64,000 nt of DNA from NCBI GenBank assembly GCA_035622275.1, contig DASPVQ010000020.1, positions 2,494-66,493 of the forward strand. Reading direction: 5' to 3'. The position numbers were made by a program, and so were the translations under genes. Positions 1-8,587 of the stretch are shown here, in pieces (positions within the stretch are counted from its first letter, which is position 1; every line of letters begins with the position of its first letter). Source of the DNA: Thermoplasmata archaeon. GTDB lineage: Archaea; Thermoplasmatota; Thermoplasmata; Lutacidiplasmatales; UBA184. Below the pieces are notes generated by a model. The model made no database searches, was not told where the DNA came from, and worked only from the letters and a program-made list of their open reading frames with translations.

Positions 1-101
1 GTTCCGTGCATTGTTTCCACCTTGGGACCGGATCGACCGATCGCCCGAACCCAGGTCGGTGGTCGTATTAATAGCCAGAAACAATTCTGTGGCAATAATA
101 A

Positions 102-124
102 TATCCATGGATACTATAGGATAC
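102..124. promoter_or_regulatory. Putative operator: perfect palindrome TATCCATGGATA plus GGATAC direct repeats in an AT-rich promoter
   Basis: 12-bp palindrome at 102-113 and GGATAC at 109-114 and 119-124, immediately before the ATG at 127, in an AT-rich patch of otherwise GC-rich DNA. Confidence 0.55.
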
Positions 125-126
125 GC

Positions 127-330
127 ATGGCAGCGCAGACCACGACCATCCAGGTCGACGTGGAAGTCCGCGACCGGCTTCGGGCGCTCGGACGGATGGG
201 CGAGAGCTACGATGACGTCATCCGACGCCTGCTCGCCTCGGCCCGAACCGGGCCGCCGGCATCGGCGGCCGTCCGAGAGGGCTCCCCGCCGCCGGCGCGC
301 GGCTGGCATCCGTTACAGGGACGCGACTGA
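127..330 (+). CDS. Small ribbon-helix-helix/antitoxin-like DNA-binding protein
   Basis: MAAQTTTIQVDVEVRDRLRALGRMGESYDDVIRRLL matches the archaeal RHH/VapB-like pattern TTIxV..E....L......ESYDDVI.RL. Confidence 0.75.
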   Translation: MAAQTTTIQVDVEVRDRLRALGRMGESYDDVIRRLLASARTGPPASAAVREGSPPPARGWHPLQGRD

Positions 331-366
331 ACTCCGGGGCGGGGCGCAGTCCCCCGTACGACTCGG

Positions 367-750
367 CTAGCGAACGCGTCGTCGTGCGGGGCGCGGAGCC
401 GGCGGTCCGCCCAGGCGCTGCTGCAGGGCGCCCAGCGTGCTCGCCCAGTAGGAACGGAAGGGGTCCAGCCACACTTCGACCGCCTCGAGCGGGCCGCCCG
501 TGAGCCTCAGACGGTGGACGCGACCGTCCACTTTGCGGGCCACCAGGCCGGCGTCCTCCAGGATCCGCAGGTGCTTGGAGACGGCCGGCAGGCTCATCCG
601 GTAGGGTCGGGCGAGGTCGGTCACCCGGGCCGGTCCGAGGGCGAGCCGAGCCAACAGGCTGCGTCGGGTCGGATCCGCGAGCGCGCCGAACAGTCGGTCG
701 AGCGCGAGGGCTCGATCGGCCTCCGACCTCGAACGTCCTCGGCCCCGCAT
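367..750 (-). CDS. ArsR/SmtB family HTH transcriptional regulator
   Basis: FGALADPTRR...MSLPAVSKHLRILEDAGLV..R.DGR signature; divergent from an SRPBCC gene. Confidence 0.92.
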   Translation of the reverse strand: MRGRGRSRSEADRALALDRLFGALADPTRRSLLARLALGPARVTDLARPYRMSLPAVSKHLRILEDAGLVARKVDGRVHRLRLTGGPLEAVEVWLDPFRSYWASTLGALQQRLGGPPAPRPARRRVR

Positions 751-764
751 CGGTCTCGAACGCT

Positions 765-788
765 ATATTAAACTAAACAGTTAAGTAT
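765..788. promoter_or_regulatory. Putative ArsR operator / divergent promoter
   Basis: Imperfect inverted repeat ATATTAAACT-aaac-AGTTAAGTAT between the divergent ArsR and SRPBCC genes. Confidence 0.55.
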
Positions 789-836
789 TGCGACGGCCTC
801 CGGTCGACCGCCGAGCCACGGCGGAACGGGAGAGCC

Positions 837-1232
837 ATGTGCAGAAGCGTCCACGATGAGATCGACCTGAAGGCGACCCCCCGGCTGGCCTACCGAACGA
901 TGATGGATAGCCGCGCGCATGCGAGGTTCACCGGCGCTCCGGCGCGCATCGACCCCGTCGTAGGAGGGAAATTCTCGGCCGGAGGCTACATCTCGGGCTT
1001 CAACCTCGACCTGGTGCCCGGTAAGCGAATCGTCCAGGCCTGGCGCGGCTCGGATTGGCCGAAGGGGGCCTTCTCCTTGGTCAGCTTTGTGTTCCGACCG
1101 CGCGGCAAGGGAACGAGGCTGATCTTCGATCAACGCGGTATCCCGGACGGCATCGAGAGCGGCGTCACGCGAGCGGAGTGGACGCGCTACTACTGGGATC
1201 CGCTGCGCCGACACTTCGGCGCTCGGTCGTAG
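837..1232 (+). CDS. SRPBCC/AHSA1 (Aha1-like) domain protein
   Basis: HARFTG..A.IDP.VGGKFS..GG.ISG.NL.LVPGKRIVQAWR..DWP..., C-terminal W..YYW.PL. Confidence 0.88.
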   Translation: MCRSVHDEIDLKATPRLAYRTMMDSRAHARFTGAPARIDPVVGGKFSAGGYISGFNLDLVPGKRIVQAWRGSDWPKGAFSLVSFVFRPRGKGTRLIFDQRGIPDGIESGVTRAEWTRYYWDPLRRHFGARS

Positions 1233-1474
1233 GGCGTCGGGGTCCGGGTGCGGCTCACCGACGCGGACGCTGGCCGGAACGGCCGAAGACCTCCCCGGCT
1301 CGCGGACGCCGACGCGGGGAGTTCCTGAGGACGTTCGGCCCTCGGGGCCGGTGGGACGGCCTGCTCGCGAAGTCGGGGAGGACTCTCGCGCCCACGCGGG
1401 GGCTCAGGGTCGCGCCGCGCCCGGGGGCGGACACTGTCGCGCGATTCGACCGGCCCGGAGCGCGCTGCGGCGGC

Positions 1475-1600
1475 TCAGCCGCCAGGATCGATGTGAATGG
1501 TGTCGTGGCCCTGGTGGTTGGCCATCTCCTCCGTGTCGGAGGCCGGGAATTGGGTCCCACAGGTGTTGCACTGGATCGTGCCCGTGTTCGATCCCTGCAT
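1475..1600 (-). CDS. 41-aa putative zinc-binding microprotein (CxxC...HxxH), absent from the ORF track
   Basis: Hand translation MQGSNTGTIQCNTCGTQFPASDTEEMANHQGHDTIHIDPGG*; TATA-like GTTATA about 22-27 nt upstream on the minus strand. Confidence 0.65.
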   Translation of the reverse strand: MQGSNTGTIQCNTCGTQFPASDTEEMANHQGHDTIHIDPGG

Positions 1601-1866
1601 GCGGGGGGAAAGGTCTCCGGGTATAACAAGACCGATGGCCCCTTCGAGCACGACCCCGCTCGCATACCACCGTACGGTCGAGCCCCCGGAATTGGACCCC
1701 AGGTCGACCGTAACCGCCGGGGCCCGTCCTGCCCTGACGGCTCGCTCCTACCCAGGGGCCACGCGGACCGGGGCGAGGGCGGCCGGCAGGGACTCACGGG
1801 CGCGCCTCACCGTGGGTGCGCTCGACTTATCGGCGCGCCGGGCCGTCGCGAGCCGTAGGGAATGCG

Positions 1867-2601
1867 ATGTCGGGGGAAACGGCCGCCGTTTCGATCGACC
1901 CGTCGCTGATGGGACCCGAGGAATCGGATCCGGAAGGCAGGGCCTATCGCGGCGTCGCGATGGAAGGCTCGATCGCCCGCTGGTACGCCCGCACCCGCGG
2001 CACGCCCAGCCAGATCGCCGCATGGAGGCAGCAGGCGAAAGAGCTCGTGGCCGACCTACCGGCCGGAACCGACCTCCTCGAGGTCGCTCCGGGCCCGGGC
2101 TACTTCGCGGTCGAGCTCGCCCGCACCGGTCGGGCACGCGTCACCGCGCTCGAGATCAGTCGGACCTTTGTCCAGATCGCGAACGCCCACGCGCGCGAGG
2201 CGGGTGTGCCGGTCGCGGTCCGCCAGGGCGACGCCTCCCGGATGCCGTTCGGGGCCGCCTCGTTCGACCGGATCGTCTGCCAGGCCGCCTTCAAGAACTT
2301 CGGTCGGCCCCAAGCCGCGATCAACGAGATGCACCGCGTGCTGCGCCCCGGGGGCGTCGCGATCGTCGAGGATATGCGCCGCGACGCCCCGGACGCCGGG
2401 ATCCACGCCGAGGTCCGGGGGATGGGCCTCGGGCCGGTTCGCGCCTACTTCACCCGCCGGGCCCTCTTCTCGCTGCGGCGGCGCGCCTACACGTCCGAGG
2501 AGTTCGTCCGGTTGGCCGAGCGCAGTCCCTTCGGTAGCTGTGCCGTTCGCGTCGAGGGCATCGGCCTCGAGGTCCGGTTCGCTAAGCGCCCGGATCCGTA
2601 G
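1867..2601 (+). CDS. Class I SAM-dependent methyltransferase
   Basis: LLEVAPGPG motif I, GDASRMPF...FD, EMHRVLRPGG. Confidence 0.9.
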   Translation: MSGETAAVSIDPSLMGPEESDPEGRAYRGVAMEGSIARWYARTRGTPSQIAAWRQQAKELVADLPAGTDLLEVAPGPGYFAVELARTGRARVTALEISRTFVQIANAHAREAGVPVAVRQGDASRMPFGAASFDRIVCQAAFKNFGRPQAAINEMHRVLRPGGVAIVEDMRRDAPDAGIHAEVRGMGLGPVRAYFTRRALFSLRRRAYTSEEFVRLAERSPFGSCAVRVEGIGLEVRFAKRPDP

Positions 2602-2662
2602 GACCGCGCCTCCGGACCGGCCCTATGGCTACAAGAGGCGGGTCGGCGCCTCCTAGTCGCCC

Positions 2663-3088
2663 GTGGACGCGCGGACCTGTCCGTACTGCGGGCGGCCGAA
2701 CCCGCCGACCAGCCGGTTCTGCGGCGCCTGCGGCCGGCCGGTCGCCGCCGAGCCGACCGCGCGCGAAGCCGATCCCTGGTTCCTGGGCCGGTACAGTGGG
2801 CTGCGCTTCCAGGTAGATCCCGGGGATCCGCCGCCCTATCGCGACGCGCGATGGGTCCTTGTCGTCCTCGGTGTCGGTCTCGCGACGCTGGGAGCGTTCC
2901 TGCTCGCGCTCGACTCGTTGTTGACCGGTGCGCTGTCGCTGTCGGGTGGCTCGTGCTCCGGCTGCAGCGCCGCGCCCGTCGCGTTCCTGTTCCTATTCCC
3001 CGGTCTGGGACTGCTGCTCGCGGGTGCCGTCGTCGCGGGCGCCGCCCTGGTCCACGCGCTTCGGACCCGGCCGACCAACTCGAGCTAG
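2663..3088 (+). CDS. Zinc-ribbon membrane protein
   Basis: CPYCG...FCGACG ribbon followed by two hydrophobic helices with a CSGC loop. Confidence 0.75.
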   Translation: MDARTCPYCGRPNPPTSRFCGACGRPVAAEPTAREADPWFLGRYSGLRFQVDPGDPPPYRDARWVLVVLGVGLATLGAFLLALDSLLTGALSLSGGSCSGCSAAPVAFLFLFPGLGLLLAGAVVAGAALVHALRTRPTNSS

Positions 3089-3151
3089 GCGAAGGGCCGC
3101 GAGCTCTGCGCCACGCGCGCCGCTGGCTCCGGGTCATCACCGCCGTGTCTG

Positions 3152-3700
3152 TCACGTCGATCCGGGCGAGGTGGAGCGGGTCGGCCAGGTCCGCTCGATC
3201 AGGGTGTCCGCCACGGTGACCATCGCGAGCACCACAAGGGAACTCAGGACGAAGACCGGGGAGTCGTGGACGATGTAGGAGAAGATCGTGAGCGCCAGCG
3301 CCGGAGGATGGGAGAAGCGCGTGAAGGCGATGAACAGGGAGACCAGGACGACGTTGAGGACGAGCGCGAGGAGGGAGATGCCGAGGAAGAACTCGAACAG
3401 CTCCGAGCTCCCGATGACGACCAGGTACGACGCGAGGATGCTGCTCGGTGCCGCGTAGCGGCTTTTTCGATCGAAGACCACGAGGTAGGCCGTCACGGCG
3501 TACGGCGGCGCGATCAACAGGGTCCCGCTCCCCCAGATCACGGCGACGATCGCCAGGAAGAGAACGAGGAACAGGGCGTAGCAAGCCGCGGTGCTCAGGG
3601 CCACCGGGTCTCGGCCCGCGCGCTGTGGGCCCGTGCCCAGGGCGGCGGGCCGGTCCGGGGCGGGCGCCGGCATCTGCGCGAGCGAGCTCCCGCCGGTCAC
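3152..3700 (-). CDS. HPP family membrane protein
   Basis: LIAPPYAVTA and FSHPPALA motifs in a multi-TM protein. Confidence 0.8.
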   Translation of the reverse strand: MTGGSSLAQMPAPAPDRPAALGTGPQRAGRDPVALSTAACYALFLVLFLAIVAVIWGSGTLLIAPPYAVTAYLVVFDRKSRYAAPSSILASYLVVIGSSELFEFFLGISLLALVLNVVLVSLFIAFTRFSHPPALALTIFSYIVHDSPVFVLSSLVVLAMVTVADTLIERTWPTRSTSPGST

Positions 3701-3784
3701 GGGAAGGTGAGCGCACCCGGACTCTTATGGGACGGCCCGTCCGCCGATCGACGCTCGCACCGTCGTCACGGCGGAGCGCGATCG

Positions 3785-5734
3785 TTACTGGGACCGGGCG
3801 CGGGCGCCGCCCGCGTCCTCGGGAAGGTGCGCCGCGCGGAGGGCCGCGCGGAATCGCGGCTCCTCGCGTAGCGAGTCGTACGCGGGGAGGCCGGCGCGCA
3901 GCCACAGACCGCTCGTCCCCTCGCGAGCCGAGCGTTCGAGGATGTCGAGTGCCGCCTCCTTCTCGCCCAGCAGCGCGTGCAGTGCGGCCGAGAAGTCGGA
4001 TCCGAGGAGCTCCTCGGGTCGAGCTTCGGTCAGTTCCTTGAGCAGCTGACGGGCCTCCTCGGGCTCGCCGAGGGGGACCAGGATCATCGCGCGAGCGAGG
4101 CGCTGGACCACGCTCCGGGGGGGCCCCGCTGCCACGAGTTCCCGCCGGGCGGCTTCTGGGTCGTTGAGGACGCTGTAGGCGACGCCGAAGCTGAGGTGGG
4201 TCCAACTCGGATCGGGGTCGGGGGTCAGCCACTTGGCCAAGCGATCGCGGGCCCCCTCGAGATCGCCGCGCAGGAGCGCGAGGTCCACGAGGAGGCGTCG
4301 TGGGGCCTGCCAGCTCGGATTGATCTCGATCGCCGCGTGGAGCTCGACCTCGGCCTCCGAGTCGCGGCCGAGCACGCGGAGCAGGGTCGAGTAGCTCAGC
4401 CGGGCGAGGGCGTTGCTGGGGTTGAGCGCGAGGGCTCGACGGAACTCCTCCTCCGCGCGTGGCCACTCGTGGTCCTGCTGCATGACGAGCTCGGCCAGCG
4501 CGGCATGCGCCTCCGAGAGGTTCGGGTCGAGCTCGAGGGCTCGCGTCACGAAGGGGCGCGCCCTGCGGAACCCCTCGCGATGCGGAAGGTAGTCGCCCGC
4601 GCCCTGTACGTAGAGGTAGCCGAGGTAGGCCTGGGCGAGCGCGAACGCGGGGTCTCGTGCGATCGCCTCCTCGAGCCACGCGATCGCTTGGCGGAACCCC
4701 TCCGGAGCGTACCCCGCCGGTTGCTGGATCGCCCGCAGGTACAGCTCGTAGGCCTGCAGATCCTTCGTCGGTGCCCGCCGGATGAACTCACGCGCCGGCT
4801 CCGACAGCTCGACGCGGATCGCCTTCGCCGTACTCTCGGCCACCTCCGTCTGGATGGCGAAGATGTCGGCGAGCTGCCGATCGTAGCTCTCGGACCAGAC
4901 GTGCTCCTGGGTCCCGACGTCGATCAGTTGGAGCGAGATCCGCAGGCGGTCGTTCGCCTTGCGAACGCTCCCTTCGAGGATCGAGGTGACGCCCAGCTCC
5001 GAGCCGATCTGGACGACCGACTTCGAGGTCGACTTGTAGGGCGTGACCGACGTGCGCGCGATGACCCGCAGCCCCCGGATCTTGGAGAGGACCGAGATCA
5101 GCTCTTCCGTGAGGCCATCGGCGAAGTACTCGTCCTTCGGATCCGGGCTGATGTTCGCGAGCGGCAACACCGCGAGGCGCGGAGGCGAGGGGGCGGCGGC
5201 CGCCGGCGCGTGCTCGTCCCCGGGAGGGACCACTCGGAACAGCTCGACCGGCTCGACCACGCCCTTGAGAGCGCGGACGCCGAGCGGCTCGATCCGGAAG
5301 CGGACCTTGTTCTTGACCTGACGGAACACGGACTCCGAGATGCACACGCCGCCGGGCTCGGCCGCGGACTCGACGCGCGCAGCGACGTTCACGGCGTCGC
5401 CGAAGATGTCGCCGCCGCGGCGCTGCACGTCCCCGAGGTGAACCCCGACGCGAACCGGGGGGAAGGCGCGCCCACCGCGCCCGGCGCGCTCCCGCAGTCG
5501 CAACTGGAAGGCGACCGCGCACTCCACCGCATCGAGCGCGCTCGGGAACTCCAGGAGGAGGCCGTCGCCCGTCGACTTCACGATCCGACCGTGGTGCTCG
5601 GCGACGAGCGGGCGGGCGAGCTTCTCTTGTTGCTGGATCAGCTCGAGCGCCCCCCGCTCGTCGGCCTGAGCCAGCTCGGTCGAGCCCACCAGGTCGGTGA
5701 AGACGATGGCCGCCAGGCGACGGGTGCCGGGCAC
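3785..5734 (-). CDS. Class III adenylate/guanylate cyclase + TolB-like domain + TPR repeats
   Basis: RRLAAIVFTD, KSTGDG, DIFGDAVNVAAR, LKG; LAVLPLANIS..DEYFADGLTEELI; TPRs. GTG start about 25 nt after TTAA. Confidence 0.93.
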   Translation of the reverse strand: MPGTRRLAAIVFTDLVGSTELAQADERGALELIQQQEKLARPLVAEHHGRIVKSTGDGLLLEFPSALDAVECAVAFQLRLRERAGRGGRAFPPVRVGVHLGDVQRRGGDIFGDAVNVAARVESAAEPGGVCISESVFRQVKNKVRFRIEPLGVRALKGVVEPVELFRVVPPGDEHAPAAAAPSPPRLAVLPLANISPDPKDEYFADGLTEELISVLSKIRGLRVIARTSVTPYKSTSKSVVQIGSELGVTSILEGSVRKANDRLRISLQLIDVGTQEHVWSESYDRQLADIFAIQTEVAESTAKAIRVELSEPAREFIRRAPTKDLQAYELYLRAIQQPAGYAPEGFRQAIAWLEEAIARDPAFALAQAYLGYLYVQGAGDYLPHREGFRRARPFVTRALELDPNLSEAHAALAELVMQQDHEWPRAEEEFRRALALNPSNALARLSYSTLLRVLGRDSEAEVELHAAIEINPSWQAPRRLLVDLALLRGDLEGARDRLAKWLTPDPDPSWTHLSFGVAYSVLNDPEAARRELVAAGPPRSVVQRLARAMILVPLGEPEEARQLLKELTEARPEELLGSDFSAALHALLGEKEAALDILERSAREGTSGLWLRAGLPAYDSLREEPRFRAALRAAHLPEDAGGARARSQ

Positions 5735-5799
5735 GCGCCGCCAACGGGCATGGGAGGTTAAGGATTGCAACGGCCCCCACGCGACCCGGGCCGTGGCCG

Positions 5800-6408
5800 C
5801 TACCGGCGAGAGGCGGTCTTGCGCGCGGACGCTCGAAGCTGGCGGTGGCGGAAGCAATCGACCGTGTGGTCGTTGACCATCCCGACGGCCTGCATGTGGG
5901 CGTAGACGATCGTCGAGCCCACGAAGCTGAAACCCCGCGCCCGCAGGTCGGCGCTGAACCGGTCGGATTCCGCCGAGGTCGCGGGCACCTGGCGGTAGTT
6001 CGCCCATCGATTGTGGCGGGGGCGTCCGCCCACGAACCTCCAGCAGTAGTCGTCGAAGGTGCCGAACTCTCGCTGGACCGCGAGGAAGGCCCGGGCGTTC
6101 GATACCGCCGACTCGATCTTCCTTTTGTTCCGGATGATGCCGGGGTCCCGCGCGAGGGCGCGCCGCCGCGCCGGCGAGTAGCGGGCGATCTTCGCCGGAT
6201 CGAAACCGTCGAACGCCCGGTCGTACCCGGGACGGCGGTGCAGGATCGTCGACCAGCTCAGTCCGGCCTGGGCCCCTTCGAGCAGGAGGAACTCGAAGTG
6301 CCGCCGGTCATCGTGGACGGGCGTTCCCCATTCGGTGTCGTGGTAGCGGCGCATGACCGGATCGGCGAGCGAAGCCCACGCGCAGCGAGGCCGGCCGTCC
6401 TTGGGCAC
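5800..6408 (-). CDS. tag: DNA-3-methyladenine glycosylase I
   Basis: RCAWA, YHDTEWG, FEFLLLEGAQAGLSW, IIRNKRKI, GMVNDH..DC. Confidence 0.95.
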   Translation of the reverse strand: MPKDGRPRCAWASLADPVMRRYHDTEWGTPVHDDRRHFEFLLLEGAQAGLSWSTILHRRPGYDRAFDGFDPAKIARYSPARRRALARDPGIIRNKRKIESAVSNARAFLAVQREFGTFDDYCWRFVGGRPRHNRWANYRQVPATSAESDRFSADLRARGFSFVGSTIVYAHMQAVGMVNDHTVDCFRHRQLRASARKTASRR

Positions 6409-6481
6409 GCGTCGAGGCAGGCCGGGCGTGCGATAACGCCGCCGTCCCCGGCCCCGATGCGAGGACGAGGGCCCCCGCGCT

Positions 6482-7063
6482 TCAGGAGGCGAGCGGCTGA
6501 TCCTCGGGCTTCCCGCGCGCCCGGAAGGCACTGCGGACGCCAAGGCCCCGCCCGATCAACAGGCCGATGCTCGAGCCGTAGAGCAGATCGAAGGCGATCA
6601 GCACCGAGAGCTGGGTCACCGACACCGAGGTCGGGACCGCGAAGCTCGCCAGGGAGGCGAGCCCGAACATCGCGATCTCGGCGGCGACGCGCGCAACGAA
6701 CAGGACGAGCGAGAGCAAGGGCAGCAGGAGGGGCAGCCGATAGTAGATCCGACCGTCGCCGCGGGACTCGAAGGTCACTCGGCGACGAACGTGGGGCGCC
6801 GCGAACAGGGCGGCGCCGACGACCACGCCGGCGTAGGGCGCGATCAGGGCGAAGGCGACGTCCCCCCACACGGTCCAGGCGACGTACAGGGTCGACGCGG
6901 CGAGATACCCGAAGAGGACCATCGAGAAGCCACCGTAGCCGAAGACTCGGCCGGTGCTGTAGGGGGCGCCCTGGCTGAGCAGGTAGGTGCGGCGCGCCAT
7001 GATGAGCACGATCAAGGCGAGGAACACGATCGCGGAGGTGTCCGCGGTGGAGAGGCCGCTCAT
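6482..7063 (-). CDS. Membrane protein (CcdC/DUF1453-like)
   Basis: About 5 hydrophobic helices with a V.FE.R.DG.IYYR loop; GGAGGT before the ATG at 7063 (alternative start 7159). Confidence 0.65.
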   Translation of the reverse strand: MSGLSTADTSAIVFLALIVLIMARRTYLLSQGAPYSTGRVFGYGGFSMVLFGYLAASTLYVAWTVWGDVAFALIAPYAGVVVGAALFAAPHVRRRVTFESRGDGRIYYRLPLLLPLLSLVLFVARVAAEIAMFGLASLASFAVPTSVSVTQLSVLIAFDLLYGSSIGLLIGRGLGVRSAFRARGKPEDQPLAS

Positions 7064-7285
7064 CTGACCTCCCGCCGCGCCGGATCGACCGGGAGGGTTC
7101 GGATCATGCGAGGTCCGTGCATCACTGGGTTCCTCTCGCGCGGGCCGTCGGGCCGGCATCGCGACGGCGCCGCGCGAGGGGGGGACGAATCCGCATAAGC
7201 TTGGCGAGGTGTGCCCCTCCGGCCTCCTCGACCCGCCCACGGCCCGGATTGACTCGGTTTTATCGGCGAGGCGGCTGGCCCTCTC

Positions 7286-8482
7286 ATGGTCCCGACCCTG
7301 CGATCGGGGCAGCCCGAAGAGGCGGGGATGTCCTCCGCCCGTCTGCGGCGGCTCGCCGCCGTCGTTCGGCGCTGGGTCGACGGAGCGCAGGGGCGTCCGC
7401 TGGTCGTGCTCGTCGCCCGCCGAGGGATCATCGTGTGGCACGAGGCGTTCGGGAGGATGCCGGTGGCGGCCGGAGGGGACCCGACGCCCCTCGACGCCGT
7501 CTTCGAGCTGATGTCGGTGACCAAGCCCCTCACGGCCACGGCGCTGATGACGCTCGTGGACGACGGGCGCGTCGGGCTGAACCGACCCGTGGACTCCTAC
7601 ATTCCCGAGTTCGCGGGCGAGGGAAAGCATGGCGTCCGGGTGCGGGATCTGCTCACCCACACCTCGGGCCTGCGGGACCCGACGGTGCAGACGTTCGCGC
7701 GCGAGCATTCCCGCGAAATTCAGCAGCCGCCCGTGCCGGACAATGCGCACCCGGTCTGGTGGGCCGCCCTGAACAGCGGTCTCGCGGCACCGCTGGCGAC
7801 GCCGCCGGGGGTCGAGATGGCCTACTGCGGGTTCAACTTCACCCTCGCGGCGGAGATCGTGCGCCGCGTCTCGGGAATGCCACTCGACCGGTTCGCGACC
7901 GAGCGGATCTTCCGCCCCCTCGGCATGCGCGACTCTTCGTACTGTCTGGTCGACATCCCGCCGACGCGACGGGTGGGGTTCCAGCTGCCCGCAGATTACG
8001 TGCCCGACGCGTCCGACGTCGCCCGGGAGACCGAGCGCTACTGGGCCGGGAGCTGGGGGGCGCTCTCGAGTGCGCGGGACCTGGCGATCTTCGCCCAGAT
8101 GTTCCTCGACGGAGGGGAGTACCGCGACGAGCGGGTCCTCTCCTCGGCGGCGGTCCGCGCGATGGTGCGAAACCAGACCCGTGGGATCCCCGCGGTGTTC
8201 TTCGACCAGCACTTCCCGGAATCGTCTTGGGGCCTCGGATGGGGTATCGAGGCCGCCGGTCCCGGATGGAACGGCGCGCTGTGCTCGCCGACAACGTTCG
8301 GCCACATCGGCAATGGTGGAACGCACCTCTGGGCGGATCCCGCGCGGGAGCTCGTCGTGGCCTTCCTCTCCTCAACCCCGATCTTCGCGACCGACGCCGA
8401 CATCACGACGGCGAACTGGGCGCGCGACTGGCGCAACGACCTGTTCGCGGACGCGGTCGAGGCTTCGATCGAGGAAGACTGA
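7286..8482 (+). CDS. Beta-lactamase-related serine hydrolase
   Basis: SVTK (SxxK), LLTHTSGL, PG...AYC, FGHIGNGG. Confidence 0.9.
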   Translation: MVPTLRSGQPEEAGMSSARLRRLAAVVRRWVDGAQGRPLVVLVARRGIIVWHEAFGRMPVAAGGDPTPLDAVFELMSVTKPLTATALMTLVDDGRVGLNRPVDSYIPEFAGEGKHGVRVRDLLTHTSGLRDPTVQTFAREHSREIQQPPVPDNAHPVWWAALNSGLAAPLATPPGVEMAYCGFNFTLAAEIVRRVSGMPLDRFATERIFRPLGMRDSSYCLVDIPPTRRVGFQLPADYVPDASDVARETERYWAGSWGALSSARDLAIFAQMFLDGGEYRDERVLSSAAVRAMVRNQTRGIPAVFFDQHFPESSWGLGWGIEAAGPGWNGALCSPTTFGHIGNGGTHLWADPARELVVAFLSSTPIFATDADITTANWARDWRNDLFADAVEASIEED

Positions 8483-8587
8483 ACGCGCCGGCGACCGCCC
8501 GGCGCCGGTCGCGGACCCCTCCGCAGCCACGCGCCCGCCAGGGCGTGGGTAAGTACATACCTCCCGAGCGCGTCGCTCGCGCGGCCC

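Noticed and set aside
1289..1380. Long stem enclosing CTGAGGA, a possible hammerhead ribozyme core
   Set aside because: No correctly placed GAAA or NUH cleavage triplet; probably a chance GC-rich stem
2487..4679. Long Arg/Pro/Gly-rich alternative-frame ORFs (also 3977-5761, 8645-10555, 11932-14472, 18593-20677, 43949-45868)
   Set aside because: Shadow ORFs caused by stop-codon scarcity at high GC; they overlap well-supported genes and have no motifs
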